Positions 49,506-61,885 of a stretch of DNA of 64,000 nucleotides are shown here, in pieces. The notes beneath the pieces are model-generated. The model was not told where the DNA came from. It did not search any database and saw only the letters and a program-made list of their open reading frames with translations. The stretch comes from Balamuthia mandrillaris. Lineage: Eukaryota. Numbering within the stretch: position 1 is the first letter of the stretch; each line of letters opens with the position of its first letter. Location: the NCBI GenBank assembly GCA_031835245.2, contig JAVKOQ020000008.1, positions 310,001-374,000 of the forward strand. The letters run 5' to 3'. The translations under genes were made by a program, and so were the position numbers.

Positions 49506-49801
49506 TTCCTTTTTTTTTGTCCTTTTTTTTTTCTTTCTCTGAAGTGGAGAGAGAGAGAGAGAGAGAGAGAGAGGAAGAAGAAAAGAAAGGAGAGAGACGA
49601 AGAAGAAAAGAAAGAAGAGAGACGAAGAAGAAGAAAAAGAAGAAGAAAGGAGGGAGCAAGAAAGCTTGGTGTATACAAAAAAATGAGTTATGTCTTGTTA
49701 TCAAAAACTCGTTATTGTGGCCATCTGTTGGAGGATAGGTTATTGTTGTGGATATTGTTGCGGTGGTTGTTACATTTGGTTTGGTTCGTTGTTTGAGGTG
49801 T

Positions 49802-50973
49802 TTAAAACGTGATGACCACTTCTTTCTTGAATCCGTTGAGGGTGGCCGTTATCTTGGGTTCCGCCAGAGCAAACTCCTTGAACTCTTCGAAAGAAAGCTT
49901 TCCATCTCCTATTTTTCATTTTTGTTAACAGAAGAAAGGCAATGTGAGAGAGAGAGAGAGAGAGAGAGAGAACTATAAAGAGAAGCAGTGACAAGAGAAG
50001 GGAAGAGGAAAAATACCATTGGCGTCCAATGTCTCAAAAGCATTATCTGCAAAGAGGCCGGCCATTTCCTCAGAGAACTCGTTGAGGTCGTCTGTGCTCA
50101 GTTCTTCCGTGCTGTGAGTGCTGCAAAGAGCCTTGAAGCCGGCGATCCAGGCCTGTTTGAACATAAGGGATAACTCATCTTTGGTGATGTAACCATTACC
50201 GTCCAAGTCATAGGCCTGGAAGGACACTTTAAAAGAATGAGAATGTTAGTCTTCGCTGAAAGCTAGAGCCAAACAGGCGCGAGAATGAGAGAACAAAAGA
50301 GCAAGAAGAACATACATCGCAATTTCTCTTCGGGAGTACCCTTGCAAAGGAAGGAAAGGCCGCTGATGAATTCCTGAAGGTCAACCACGCCATCCCCGTT
50401 CAGATCCAGCAGGTCAAAGAGGCGGTCGGGAAACGGCGTGTCGTCCATCTTCTTGAGGCCGGCCGCTTCCAGCAAGTCAAGGGCCTCCCTGAAGGCCGGT
50501 TTGTCTAACTTGCCATCTGTGGCGCATTGTTGGAACGTCTCAAACAACTTTTTGACCTCCACCTTGTCGACTAGCAATGTGGTGTGAGCGTTTTTTGGTG
50601 TGCTTCAATCATAATGGAAGAAAAAAACATAATGATGATTGGGGAGAGGGGGAAAAAAGACGTACAGTGTGTTTCTTCTTGCAAATTCTTGGCGAGTGTT
50701 GGGTCGATAGTTCCATCTACAAACCAAAAGAAATAAGATATAAAGCCGAAAGTCAAAAAAATCCTCCTCCTCCAACCCCAAACGAGTTTTAAACGATAAG
50801 ACTTTTTTTTTGCAACAAAGGAAGAACGAGGCAAGTCTATCTATCTTCATACTACGGTGCGCCAAAACAAAAAAAAAAACAACAAGAAGAGAACGAAAGC
50901 GCAAACAAACAAACGTACACTTTTTGTTGGGCTTTTTGTTGCTCTTTTTCTCTGCGGTGGCCTTGTTACCCAT
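49802..50973 (-). CDS. Neuronal calcium sensor/frequenin-like EF-hand protein, probably N-myristoylated
   Basis: Starts MGNK. EF-hands DLNGDGVVDLQEF, DLDGNGYITKDEL and DANGDGKLSFEEF, plus GTPEEKLRLSFQAYD. Confidence 0.88.
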
Positions 50974-51596
50974 TTTATTTTTCTTCTTCTTCTTCTGCTA
51001 CTGCAAACGCTACTACTGCTGCTGCTTTGTGGGTTGGCGGCGGTGGTTATGCGACAAGTCAAAAGTTTCTTTGCTTCTCTTCTTCTTCTCCCCCCTTTCA
51101 ACTTTCCCTTTGGGTATTTTTTTTGATCCCTCTTAAATTTTTTTTTGAATGGAAAAAATTGTTCAGGAAAAAATCGATAAATGAAAAAAAAAATAACCGA
51201 GAGAGAGAAGCGGGCGAAGTGAAGAGTTTTCCAAAAGTTGTGGCGAAAACAAAAAAAAAAGAATTTCCAATTATTGTCGATCCATTGGCACGCGCACTAC
51301 TAAGCCCTGGCGAGGTCTTGCTATGACAGACGCCCGAGGAAAAAATCGTACCTTGAGGTAGGTAAGGTCGACACGGACGAAGAGGTTAGCCACGTCAGCG
51401 AAATTCTCCGTGCACGAGGAGCAAATTTAAAAATATCGCCGCGTTTCTTCTTTTTTGTTTTTCTTTATTGTTACAAACAAAGAGGACTTTTGCTCTCGTT
51501 TGCTGGTTCCTTCTCTCTCCACACTTTCTTTTTTTTTCTTTCTCCTCCTGGCCGCAGGTCGCTTGGTACTCTCTCTTCTCCTTGTTTTTTTCCCCC

Positions 51597-51628
<32 letters not shown>

Positions 51629-51753
51629 CTCATCATTTTGATATAGAAAAACCATAACTTACTTTATTTATTTTTTCTGCTACCGTTTTTTTTGTATACC
51701 TGCTGTTTTTTTTTAGCTTTTACAAGTCTTAAACGAACACTCACCCCAACAAC

Positions 51754-52247
51754 ATGGAAGGCGCCTTTCAGAAGATCAAGGTTGAAAACGAGGTGGTTGA
51801 GCTTGACGGTGATGAAATGACCAGGTAACCTTTGCTTTTTAAGAGAGGAAAAAAATGTTAATCTTTATCACTGATGCTCTGCCAACGTACCAAAAAAAAA
51901 AAAAATAGAGTCATCTGGCAAATGATCAAGGACAAGGTATAACCTCCTTTCCGAGCGAAGCTCTTTTCCACACCGCCGCCCTCAGCGTTCCCTTCGCCGC
52001 TTGCCGCGTGTGTTACAAGTTTTTGTGCAACTGACGACTTTATTATTATTGTACTTTCTATATAGCTCATCTTGCCCTACCTCGACCTGAAGATCAAGTA
52101 CTTTGACCTGGGCCTGCCCTACCGTGACCAGACCAACGATCAGGTGACCATTGAGGCCGCTGAGGCCATCAAGGCCTGCGGAGTGGGCATCAAGTGCGCC
52201 ACCATTACTCCTGACGAGCAGCGCGTGGAGGGTTGGTTTCTCTTTCA

Positions 52248-52283
<36 letters not shown>

Positions 52284-53405
52284 TCTTTTAGCCGTAGACT
52301 TACTTCCTTTCTTGTTCTTCATTAGAGTTTGGCTTGAAGGAGATGTGGAAGTCCCCTAATGGGTACCCTATCTACTTTAGTTTTTCGATGCTTTGCTTGC
52401 TATCGACCTAGTGACCAACATTTTTTCACACAAATACTTATACAGAACCATCCGTAACATTCTTGGAGGAACAATCTTCCGTGAGGCCATCATTTGCAAG
52501 AATGTGCCTCGCCTCGTGCCTGGCTGGACCACTCCCATCGTGGTGGGCAGACATGCCTTTGGCGACCAGTACCGTGCCACCGACTTTGTGGTGAAGGGCA
52601 AGGGCAAGTTCCAACTGGTCTTCACCCCCGAGGACGGCAGCCCTCAGCAAGTCTACAACGTCTTCGACTTCCCTGAGGATGGTGGTGTGGCCATGGGCAT
52701 GTACAACACAGACGAGTCCATCAAGGGCTTTGCTCACAGCTGCATGAACTTTGCTTTGGACAAGAAGTGGCCGCTCTATCTCAGCACCAAGAACACTATC
52801 CTCAAGAGGTACGACGGACGCTTCAAGGACATCTTCCAGGAGATCTACGAGCGGTACGTCTTTGATCTTTTTCTACTTTAAACACAATGGTGATGACATA
52901 CTTATTATTCGTTCAATAATTTTTTAACGAATACAACAGTGACTACAAGGCTAAGTTCGAGGCTGCTGGCATCTGGTACGAGCACCGTCTCATCGACGAC
53001 ATGGTGGCCTACTGCCTCAAGAGCCCTGGTGGATTTGTGTGGGCCTGCAAGAACTACGACGGAGACGTGCAGTCCGACAGCGTGGCGCAGGGATTTGGCT
53101 CCCTCGGCATGATGACCTCCGTGCTGCTCACCCCCGATGGCAAGACCATGGAGGCAGAGGCCGCCCACGGCACTGTCACTCGCCACTTCCGCGAGCACCA
53201 GGCCGGCCGCAAGACCAGCACCAACCCCATTGCCAGCATCTTTGCCTGGACGAGGGGCTTGGCGTGGAGGGCCAAGCTTGACAACAACGAGCCCCTCGCT
53301 GAGTTTTGCAAGGCCTTGGAGGAGGTCTGCATCGCTACCATTGAGTCTGGAGCTATGACCAAGGATCTTGCCCTTTGTGTCCGTGGCTCTCTTGATAAGT
53401 TCGTA

Positions 53406-53443
<38 letters not shown>

Positions 53444-53579
53444 GTAATGCGTTGCTCGTCTCTTTATCTCTGTAACAAACAGGGTGAAACCTGGAGACTA
53501 CCTCCACACGGAAGACTTTTTGAGCAAGTTGGCGGAGAACCTGGAGGCCAGAATGAAGGCCTTCCGTGCCAAGTTCTAA
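51754..53579 (+). CDS. IDH1: NADP-dependent isocitrate dehydrogenase (cytosolic/peroxisomal type)
   Basis: [73 protein letters not shown] and [12 protein letters not shown]. No N-terminal presequence; the protein ends AKF. Confidence 0.96.
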
Positions 53580-53875
53580 ATCTTGGTGTCGTTTGTACTA
53601 GCAAATACATGATAGTCACTTTAACGAACTTCTCTCTGTCTCTCTCTGTCTCTCTCTCTCTCTCTTCGCTGCACTAACATGCAAAAAAGTGTTAACAGCT
53701 TTGCAGTGTAGATCTTTGCTTTTTGCTCTGCAGCGAATTCTCCTACCAAAAAGCAAAGAGCTACACCGCAAAGCTGCCATCTGGTTGTTTATAGACATAA
53801 AAGAAAGTGAAGGATGGGCAAAAAAAAAAAAACAAGACACAGCCATGTGAAACAAAAAAAAAAAGGAGACAACTT

Positions 53876-55087
53876 TTACTGTTTGGGAGAAGATAAACTG
53901 GAGCTGAGTCCACCAGTGATGCCTTTCTTCTTTTTCTCCGCCGATCCGTCTTGTTGCTGAGGAGAAGCTTTCACGTTAAACCTGTAAGGAGCTGCAGATG
54001 CAGAAGTGGTTTCCTTGCTGAGCTTCTCGTCAAGGTGCTCGCTGATGCTCTTGGGAGGAACCACTCGCTTGCCTTCCTCCTCTCTTCTCCGCTTCATCTC
54101 CTCCTGCCACCACAGCGGGCCGCTGTCCTCCTTCGTGGCGCGTTCGTGCTCCTCCCTCATCATGGTCTTCTGCGCATGACCAAAGTGCTTGCGCTTGAGG
54201 TTCCAGGGCCGCCTGCTCACCCGCCGTCTGCTGATTAGGTACTCAAACTCCTCCTTGGCCTTTTGGTCCTCCTCGGAGAGAGGGGGCGGCTCCGTGAATT
54301 GGCTCAGTCGGTCAAAGACGATGTGGCGGGGATAGTCCGTGGTGGGGTGCGTCACCAGCTGGTGTGGCTTTACTTTGATCACTTCTTTCTCATCCAATAG
54401 CTAACCAAACGAAAAGAATTGAGTGAGCAGAACAGAATACAAGCAGCATCGCAACAAAAACAAAAAAAAAGGAAAGCAGAAGAACAAGAGGAAGAACAAG
54501 AAGAAGGAGAAGGAGAACAAGAACAAGAGAACACAAGGAAAGCGAAGAAGAAGATGAACATAAAGCAGAAGGAGAAGGAGAGGAGAAGGAGAAGGAGAAG
54601 GAGAAGGAGAAGGAGAAGGAGAAGGAGAAGGAGAAGGAGAAGGAGAAGGAGAAGGAGAAGGAGAAGGAGAAGGAGAAGGAGGGAATATACTACAAGATTG
54701 TATTCACGCCACATGAAACCGCCGCGGCTCCTGTAGCTCACCAGTTCTCGCAAAGGCAGCAGAAGAGGGATGTCTGGTTGGCCCAAGCCCGCTCGGATGA
54801 CACCCGGAATGAGGCCTTTCTTTCTGTACTGCTCACAGTGAATTTTACCAGACTCAATCTTGGAGTAGGCCTCAACCCAGTCTCTCGCAGCCATGCTGTT
54901 GTATTTTTAACGTAAGCAGTGTTCGAATCGATTCAATTAAGAGTCACGGCTGAGAACTAGAAAAGGTTTGTTCCAACAAAAAAACGTACTGAGGCACGAT
55001 GCGAGAGAGCACAGCGGATTTCCTAGCATGATCCGACAGCCCCCATCGCCAAAGGTGGTCGTAGCCAACCGGTCGGCTCGACTTCAT
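53876..55087 (-). CDS. Ribosomal protein bL25-like (5S rRNA-binding), presumably mitochondrial; 3 exons
   Basis: SGKIHCEQYRKKGLIPGVI...IKVKPHQLVTHPTTDYPRHIVFDR resembles the L25 pattern (GK..RRLR..G.IPAVIYG...Q.HP......H.DF.R). An upstream exon from ATG 55087 splices in frame via a GTACGT donor. Confidence 0.7.
54568..54681. repeat. (GGAGAA)n hexamer microsatellite in the bL25 intron
   Basis: Long tandem run on the + strand, i.e. (TTCTCC)n on the sense strand. Confidence 0.95.
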
Positions 55088-55520
55088 CTTCTCTCTCTCT
55101 CTCGCTACTCTCCGCCTCCCTTTTATTTTTGCCTGAGGGGGCTAATAAATTCTTTGCATTCCTTGAATTGCACCCTGAAGTCATTCACAGCACCATTTGA
55201 CCAGGGGACAGGAACATGTTCTAATAGGTTAGGCAAGTAAATAGGGAAACGTCATAGGTTGTACGAAAACAAAAAAGAAAAAATATTTGGCGAAAAAGGT
55301 AGCAGCGGCGAGTGGCACTGGTTGTTTTGGCCTCTGGGAGAGAGGAGAAAGGTATGCTTCTTGCTTCTTGCTTCTTCTTCCCCTACTTTTTTTTTTTGCT
55401 TTTTTATTTGTCGCCTCTTGTTGTGTGCTGCTCTTCTATGTCTTTAAACATGTATTGGTTTTTTTTAAAAAAAAATTATGTAACGCGAAAATCCACAAAG
55501 GGAAGAGAGGGAAACAAAAA

Positions 55521-56326
55521 AATGTTTTCAAAGAGAGGTGCTTCCAATGAGAGTGCGCCTCCCGCCTCTCCTTCCCCGTTTGTCTCGGCAAGAATGCTGG
55601 AGCTGCGCTCCGAGATTGAGCGGCTGAACGAGGCCCTCCACGACCAGCTGGACCTCCTCCAGGCCCACTGCCAAAAGCTCATCGACCAGAAATTCGGCAG
55701 CGAGGCGTTGCTCGACCAGTTGGAGGAGCTCGAGAAGAAGGAGGCCGAGCTTCAGTCCCAGCTGGTGACCGCCATCAAGGATCTCCTCGTGGCCACACAA
55801 GAAACGCGCAAGTCCGTCCTTCAGGACGCCCAAAACCAACTGACCTCCTCTTACGACTCCTCTTCTTCTGATTCTTCTTTCAGTTCTTCCTCTTCCTCCA
55901 ATTCTTCTTCGATGGTTTCCAACAGCCTTTTATCGCGCACTTCTGACCTGCTCTCCAACTCGGTGGGCGTCAACCTCAGCCAGATCAGCACGCAGATCTA
56001 TCGCGGTGGCAGCACTCGCACCGCCCTCAAGAGCAAGCGCGGCGACAACCCCTTTATGCGCTCCGGCTCGGGAGGAGCCTCAGGAGGAGGAGAGGAGGAG
56101 AATGGTGGCAGCCTGCTTCATGACATATCGACGTGGGAGCTGCAGAGAGGAGAGATCAATGTCCTGCCGGAGCTTCTTGGAAAGGGCAGCTTTGGCTGCG
56201 TAAATAAGGGCCTGTTGAGGGGCAAGCATGTGGCCGTTAAGACCATCACCCCCAACTGGGCTTCTGACAAGGAGGTCATGGAGGTACTTGATGACTTTAG
56301 GAACGAGTGCGCTGTCATGAGGTTGG

Positions 56327-56361
<35 letters not shown>

Positions 56362-56662
56362 TCCTCCCTCTCTCTCTCTCTCTCTCTTGTTGCTAAATAA
56401 AACAAGCTAATTAACAAATCGTGTTTTTAAAAAAAGCAAAGCGTTACATCCAAACGTATTGCTGTTAATGGGAGTATGTATAGAGCAGGATCAAGAACAA
56501 AGCAAGCTGTTGATGGTGACAGAGTTGATGCCAAATGGCAGCGTCCACAGTCTCATCCATAATCCGAAGAACAAGATACCTTTCAAACGGAGGATCCGGT
56601 TCGCCAAAGATACAGCCCTTGGCATGAACTATCTGCATCTTTCTACTCCTCAGATCATGTAA

Positions 56663-56694
<32 letters not shown>

Positions 56695-58378
56695 TCTGTG
56701 CAGCCGTTTAGGATAACACAACATTTAAAAAAAGGCATCTTGACTTGAAAACTCAAAATCTGCTCGTTGACGCTCACTATGTGGCCAAAGTAGCTGGTAC
56801 TTACCAACCTTCTTTTATTTTGTTGTCACTGTAAACCTAACCTCTTTTTAACGACCAATTTACAGACTTTGGGTTGAGTCGGGTGAAGAAGGCCGGAAGC
56901 AACAAAGGAGCAACTGGCTCTCCTCTTTACATGGCTCCGGAAGTTTTGGCAGATAAGCCCTATGATGAAAAAGCGGATGTTTATAGGTACGCTACATTCT
57001 CTATCACGAGGATGTATTTTTTCCATCGCTTCTCACAATTCATTGTGCCTTATTTTGTTCTCTTCGTTCAGTTTTGGAATAGTGTTGTGGGAACTCGTCA
57101 CACAACAAAAGCCTTTCAAAGAAGAAGCCTTTGAGACTTTAGAGGGTATCAATGTTTTTGCTCTATTCTGCATTTTTCTTTAGTCTCTGCTAAATCTCTC
57201 TCTCTCTCTCTCTCGCTCTCCACAGACATATTTCAACATGTTGTTATTGACGGAGACCGACCTGAAATACCGGCAGCATGTCCTCCTAAACTTGCAGAGC
57301 TTATTAAAAAGTGTTGGCATGCTGACCCACAAGTGCGGCCTTCTTTTCAAGCAATACTGGAAAGCAAAATACTTGATGATGGTTTGTTAGAATACCCATG
57401 AATTGAAGAGAGAAACGCAGAAAGTACAAAAGAAGAGCGGTAACATTGAAAACTTAACCCCTTTTCTCCGATTTTTTTCCTGCATCGGTGCAGTGATTGT
57501 GGATGCAATGATAAGCGATGTAAACGCGGAGGCCAGAGAGTTCTGGAAAGAAAAGTTCACTTCCAAAGAAGCCATTCCGGAGGATTCCGTAGACTGGAAA
57601 GTCTTTGCAAAGGGCCTTGTCGAGTTTCTTGAGTTGGAATACCCGCAAGGCACTGTGCTTGATAACGTGCTAGAGTTCAAAGTTCTTCGCCTTTGTTTAG
57701 GTTTGATTTCCTCCCTGCTCTCTGCTCTCTTTTTATGCGCACATTAATACTTCTTTTCTTCAAAGCTGATAAGCAGGACAAAGTTACACTGGAAAACTTT
57801 GCAGCAGTAATTGAATGGTTTGGACCGTTCACCAAAAAGAAGAGTGAGAAAACTGGGGCCAACCTGTTCCTAGCAAACATGATGACCATTGCCTCTCTTG
57901 GGTTCCGTTCTCTCTCATTCTCTTTGTTGTTTCTCTGTCTAACCTATGCTTTTTTTTTAAAAAAAAGAGGTTTCTGGGGAGATATATCCAGCCAGCATGC
58001 AGAGGTAAAGATGGCTGGCCAGAAGCCAGGCTATTACATGATTCGGTTCAGCTCGCAACAACCAGGCTACTTTACCATCAGTGCCATGAGCAAGGACAAC
58101 ACTCTGAAGCACTTTCGAATTAAGCACAGAGCAGGCCTCAATTTTCTTTTGGGCAATTCAGAGTATCCCAGCATCAAGGCTCTCCTCAGGAAACACAAAG
58201 ATGATCTGTATCTCAAGGTTTGTTCTCTCTCTCTCTCTCTCTCTCTTGGCTTCAAGTTGGCTAACAGTTTCTTTTTCTTCAAATGAAGCACGCTGTCAAA
58301 GGATCTCCTTATGCTCAGCTCTTCTTGCATCACGACGAAGGCCCTCAGTCAGCCTACGTTGAGATGCTTTTAACTTGA
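55521..58378 (+). CDS. Shk-like TKL kinase with N-terminal coiled coil and C-terminal SH2 domain
   Basis: Kinase motifs LGKGSFG, VAVK, HLDLKTQNLL, DFGLS and GSPLYMAPE, followed by SH2 FWGDISSQHAE...PGYYMIRFSSQQPGYFTIS...HFRI. This matches the architecture of Dictyostelium Shk kinases. Confidence 0.9.
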
Positions 58379-58663
58379 TGGATCGCAGTAGAAGCTTTTA
58401 TATGACTATTTTCCCAAAAAGAAAAAAATTGCACCCGCTCCCCCTTCAATAGTGGTTCCTATATCACTCCTCTCTATTGAAGAAACCGTTTGCACTTTTT
58501 CCATCTCCTCTCGCCCCGTTCTTTCCACGCAGGAATGCCTCCTCCACTCTGTTACAGCAACGAAGTTCGGTCAGAGGGCCTTCTGGTTAAGGCCTTCGAC
58601 GAAGCGAAGGCTCAAAAATTGGTTTTTTTGTTTGTTTTTTTTGTTTACGCAGTTTACATTTTT

Positions 58664-59673
58664 TCAATCTTCTTCTTGTTTTGTTTCGATGATACGTTGC
58701 GTTTCATCCAAAGCTACCGTCGTTGTGATGGTTGGTGTCGCAACAGTAATAGACGACCGACGCGATCCGCTCTCATCATTCATGCTCCTTCTTCGGGTTG
58801 CTCTCTCCGCGTCATCTCTTTCTTTTCTTTTCGCTGGAATGATCGACGAGGAGGAAGAACATGCGTCGTGTTCAGCAGAGTTGGGAGAGAGTCGTGGAGA
58901 GGCTAAAGCCGCTTGAGCTTCCAAAATGCCTTCCAAAGAGCCTTTCACTTGTTGCGCTATGCGGAAGGAATCTCTTTTCTTGACCAAACGGTCAAAGTTG
59001 GCCTGGAAGGCGTCCATCCATTCCTTCTTCTCCTCAGCGCTGCTGGCTTGAAAGCAGAAACGGAAACGAGAGGTTTGAATCATGATGACAGGGATGTAAG
59101 CCTGGTCTCCTTGCACGTTCGTCTCTCGTTTCGCTGCAACCTCACGCAAAGAGGCGCCGGCCAAGAAGAAGTGAAACTGGTACAGATATCGCTTTTCTTT
59201 CTTGGCGAAACCAAACTTGGATTGGGCGTTGATAGTGCCTATGAATAAGTCTACAAGAAGAGAACGACGAAAGAATAAAGTAAGAATGGTGAGTGGAAGG
59301 GAAAGAGGGGAAGCAGAAGAGGATGATGACTTACCGTTGAAAAGGAAACAATAAACGTCCTCTGCTTGCCGTCCTTTGTTTGTCAACAGTTTGAGTTTGC
59401 CACTATAGGAGCGCAATATGCAAAGAGAGAAGAAACATATGTTAGCAGACAAGAGAGAGAAGAACGAAGGAGAGTTTTTTTTTTAAAAAAAAGAAACCTC
59501 TTTGAAAGTCTGCGATGAGGCACCACCAAATTGCCATCGAATATTTGAGTGGGCTCCGCAGATTGATGGTGGCTGAGCGCTGGGGAGTTTGGGGCCGACA
59601 TAGAAGTAGGTCTGGAGTCATCCGCATTCATAACTTTGTCATCTATACAAAAAGAGGGTTGTTAATGAGAGGA

Positions 59674-59707
<34 letters not shown>

Positions 59708-61574
59708 GAACCACTTCCCGCAACAAGAGAGCTGTTTCGTCTGCTGCGAGACTCAGAATTCGTTGTTGCATTGTTGCTTCCACGAATACTGCGGCCAGCA
59801 CTCAAAGAACTTCGCAACGCAACTTCGTTGTAGGGGCTGTTTATCGCATCTTGCAGGCCCTCGATCTGGTTCTGCACTCGAAAGACTTCATTGATGCTGT
59901 CCGCCTCTTGATGCTTCTGGTCCAAGCGATCAGCTAGCTTGGCCATCTTCTGACTCGCTGTTGCCACGTCTTCACGATCGGGATGGCCGTCCCATGTAAA
60001 CCGCTCTAAATCCTTTTTTTTTGTTTTTTGTTAAGCATTTGCACGAGTGCCTTATTGCAAGGAGAGAGGGAGAGAGGGGGAGGGAGGGAGAGAGAGGGAG
60101 AGAGAGAGGGAGAGAGAGAGAGAAGGAGAGAGGGAGAGAGAGGGAGAGAGAGAGAGAAGGAGAGAGGGCAAGAGAGAGAAAGAGAGAGAGAGAGAATTAC
60201 ACTTAGCAATAGGACATAACGGGGAATACGCTGTACAGGTTGGATTAGGTATCCAGGCAAGCTTTGGTTTTTGTTGGCTTGCTTGAGCTTTGCTTCGCAT
60301 TGCTAATTATGAGCCGAGTAAGAACGAAGAGGCCATTATACTCAAACAAATGACAAAGGAAAAAGAGAAAGAACCTTAATGAACATGGCAAAGTTCTTAT
60401 TTTGTTCGCGTTGGCTGAGAAGAAGCAACGCTTCGTTGTAATTGTTACAATAGTCTGAGTATACATGAAAGTAATCCATCTTTGTTCGTTGCAAATGGTG
60501 TTAGAGAAAGATGACAAATACAAGAAATAGAAGGAGAAGGAGAAGGAGAAGGAGAAGGAGAAGGAGAAGGAGAAGGAGAAGGAGAAGGAGAAGGAGAAGG
60601 AGAAGGAGAAGGAAGGGAGAAGGAGAAGAGGAAGAGGAAGAGAAGGAGAAGGAGAAGGAGAAGGAGAAGGAGAAGGAGAAGGAGAAGGAGAAGGAGAAGG
60701 AGAAGGAGAAGGAGAAGAGGAAGAGGAAGAAGAAAAGATATGAAGTACGTACCACGCTCAAAAAGACGTCGCCAATGCGCTGTTCAACGTGCCAATGCTT
60801 AAGGCGGTCCCGCAACGACTCGGTGAGGTGTTGGCTAAAGTTAAAAATGACTTGTGTGTGAGAGAAAATGTTCTTGATGTCATTCTCAGAGAGTAAAAGC
60901 TCGCTCTGAGTGATGCCCGCAAACACGGAGGCTAGTCCCGTCTGTCGGGGTGACATGGGCTGCTCCGAGGCCAGTTTTCTCATCGGCAATAAATAATACT
61001 ATGTGTGGTTTTTATGACCACCATCAACACGAGTTCGTGCAAGAAGAACGAGAGAAGAGCGAGAGAAGAGTGAGAGAGAGAGAGAGAGAAACGAAAAGAA
61101 AAGTGGAGACGAGAGCACGAATTCAACGGGAGGAAGAAAGCATTACCTCGACCATGTTTTGCAAAGCCTCCAAATACTTTTCTTCGGAGCTAAGTATTTC
61201 AGCAGCGATGTTATGTCGTCTCACTTTTTAACCCCAAAAAAAAAATATATATATAAGAAAAATGAAAACAAAAAAAAAAACGACCATGTTGTGTTGGTTT
61301 GCTTCGCGAGGAGGAATATATACGTGCCTGCCATCTTGTAACGACGACGAGCTTGACGACCTCTCCATAGCGCCTGCACGCGGACCAGTTGTTTCAGTTG
61401 TTGCGGGGTGTAATGGTAACGACGAGGGGAGGCAGAAGGGTCGGTGGCAGGGGAGGAGGCAGAAAGAGCGGCGGGCGCGGCGGCACCGCCTGTCCACCGA
61501 CGCACCAGAGAGAAGCCAATGCCCATGGTATAGATCGCCACAAACGTATAGAAGAGCAACCATTCAAAGAGCAT
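58664..61574 (-). CDS. RhoGEF (DH-PH) with IQ motif and N-terminal hydrophobic segment
   Basis: VRVQALWRGRQARRRY (IQ); EILSSEEKYLEAL, IFSH...IGDVF and YLIQPVQRIPRYVLLL (DH); YCFLFND...FCFQASSAEEKKEWM (PH). Confidence 0.9.
60530..60717. repeat. (GGAGAA)n hexamer microsatellite arrays in a RhoGEF intron
   Basis: Two tandem runs separated by an interrupted purine segment. Confidence 0.95.
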
Positions 61575-61885
61575 ACTACGAATAAAGAAAATTAAAAATA
61601 AAAACCAAGAGTTCCCTTCGTCGTTTGTTGTCGTCCCCCTTTGTTTTTGGGCACGTATGCCGTATATTATATAACTCCAATTTGTATTATATGTTTTTCT
61701 TCTTATTTGAGCTCTCGCGTCATTGCCCCTTAATTCATTATACACTGGACTCCTCGTTCTGCTCTCTCTTTCTTTCTTTCTCTCGCTTTCGCATCCATCC
61801 ATGAGCTTCTCTCTTCTCCCTTCTCTCTGCTCTTCTTCTCTTATCTCTTTGTTATGCATTCTTATGTGTTTGAATGTATTGTTGT

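Noticed and set aside
54419..54736. Poly-Arg/Glu-Lys/poly-Leu ORFs here and at 60021-60861, 49379-49796 and 9924-10280
   Set aside because: They are translations of intronic or intergenic microsatellites, not real proteins.
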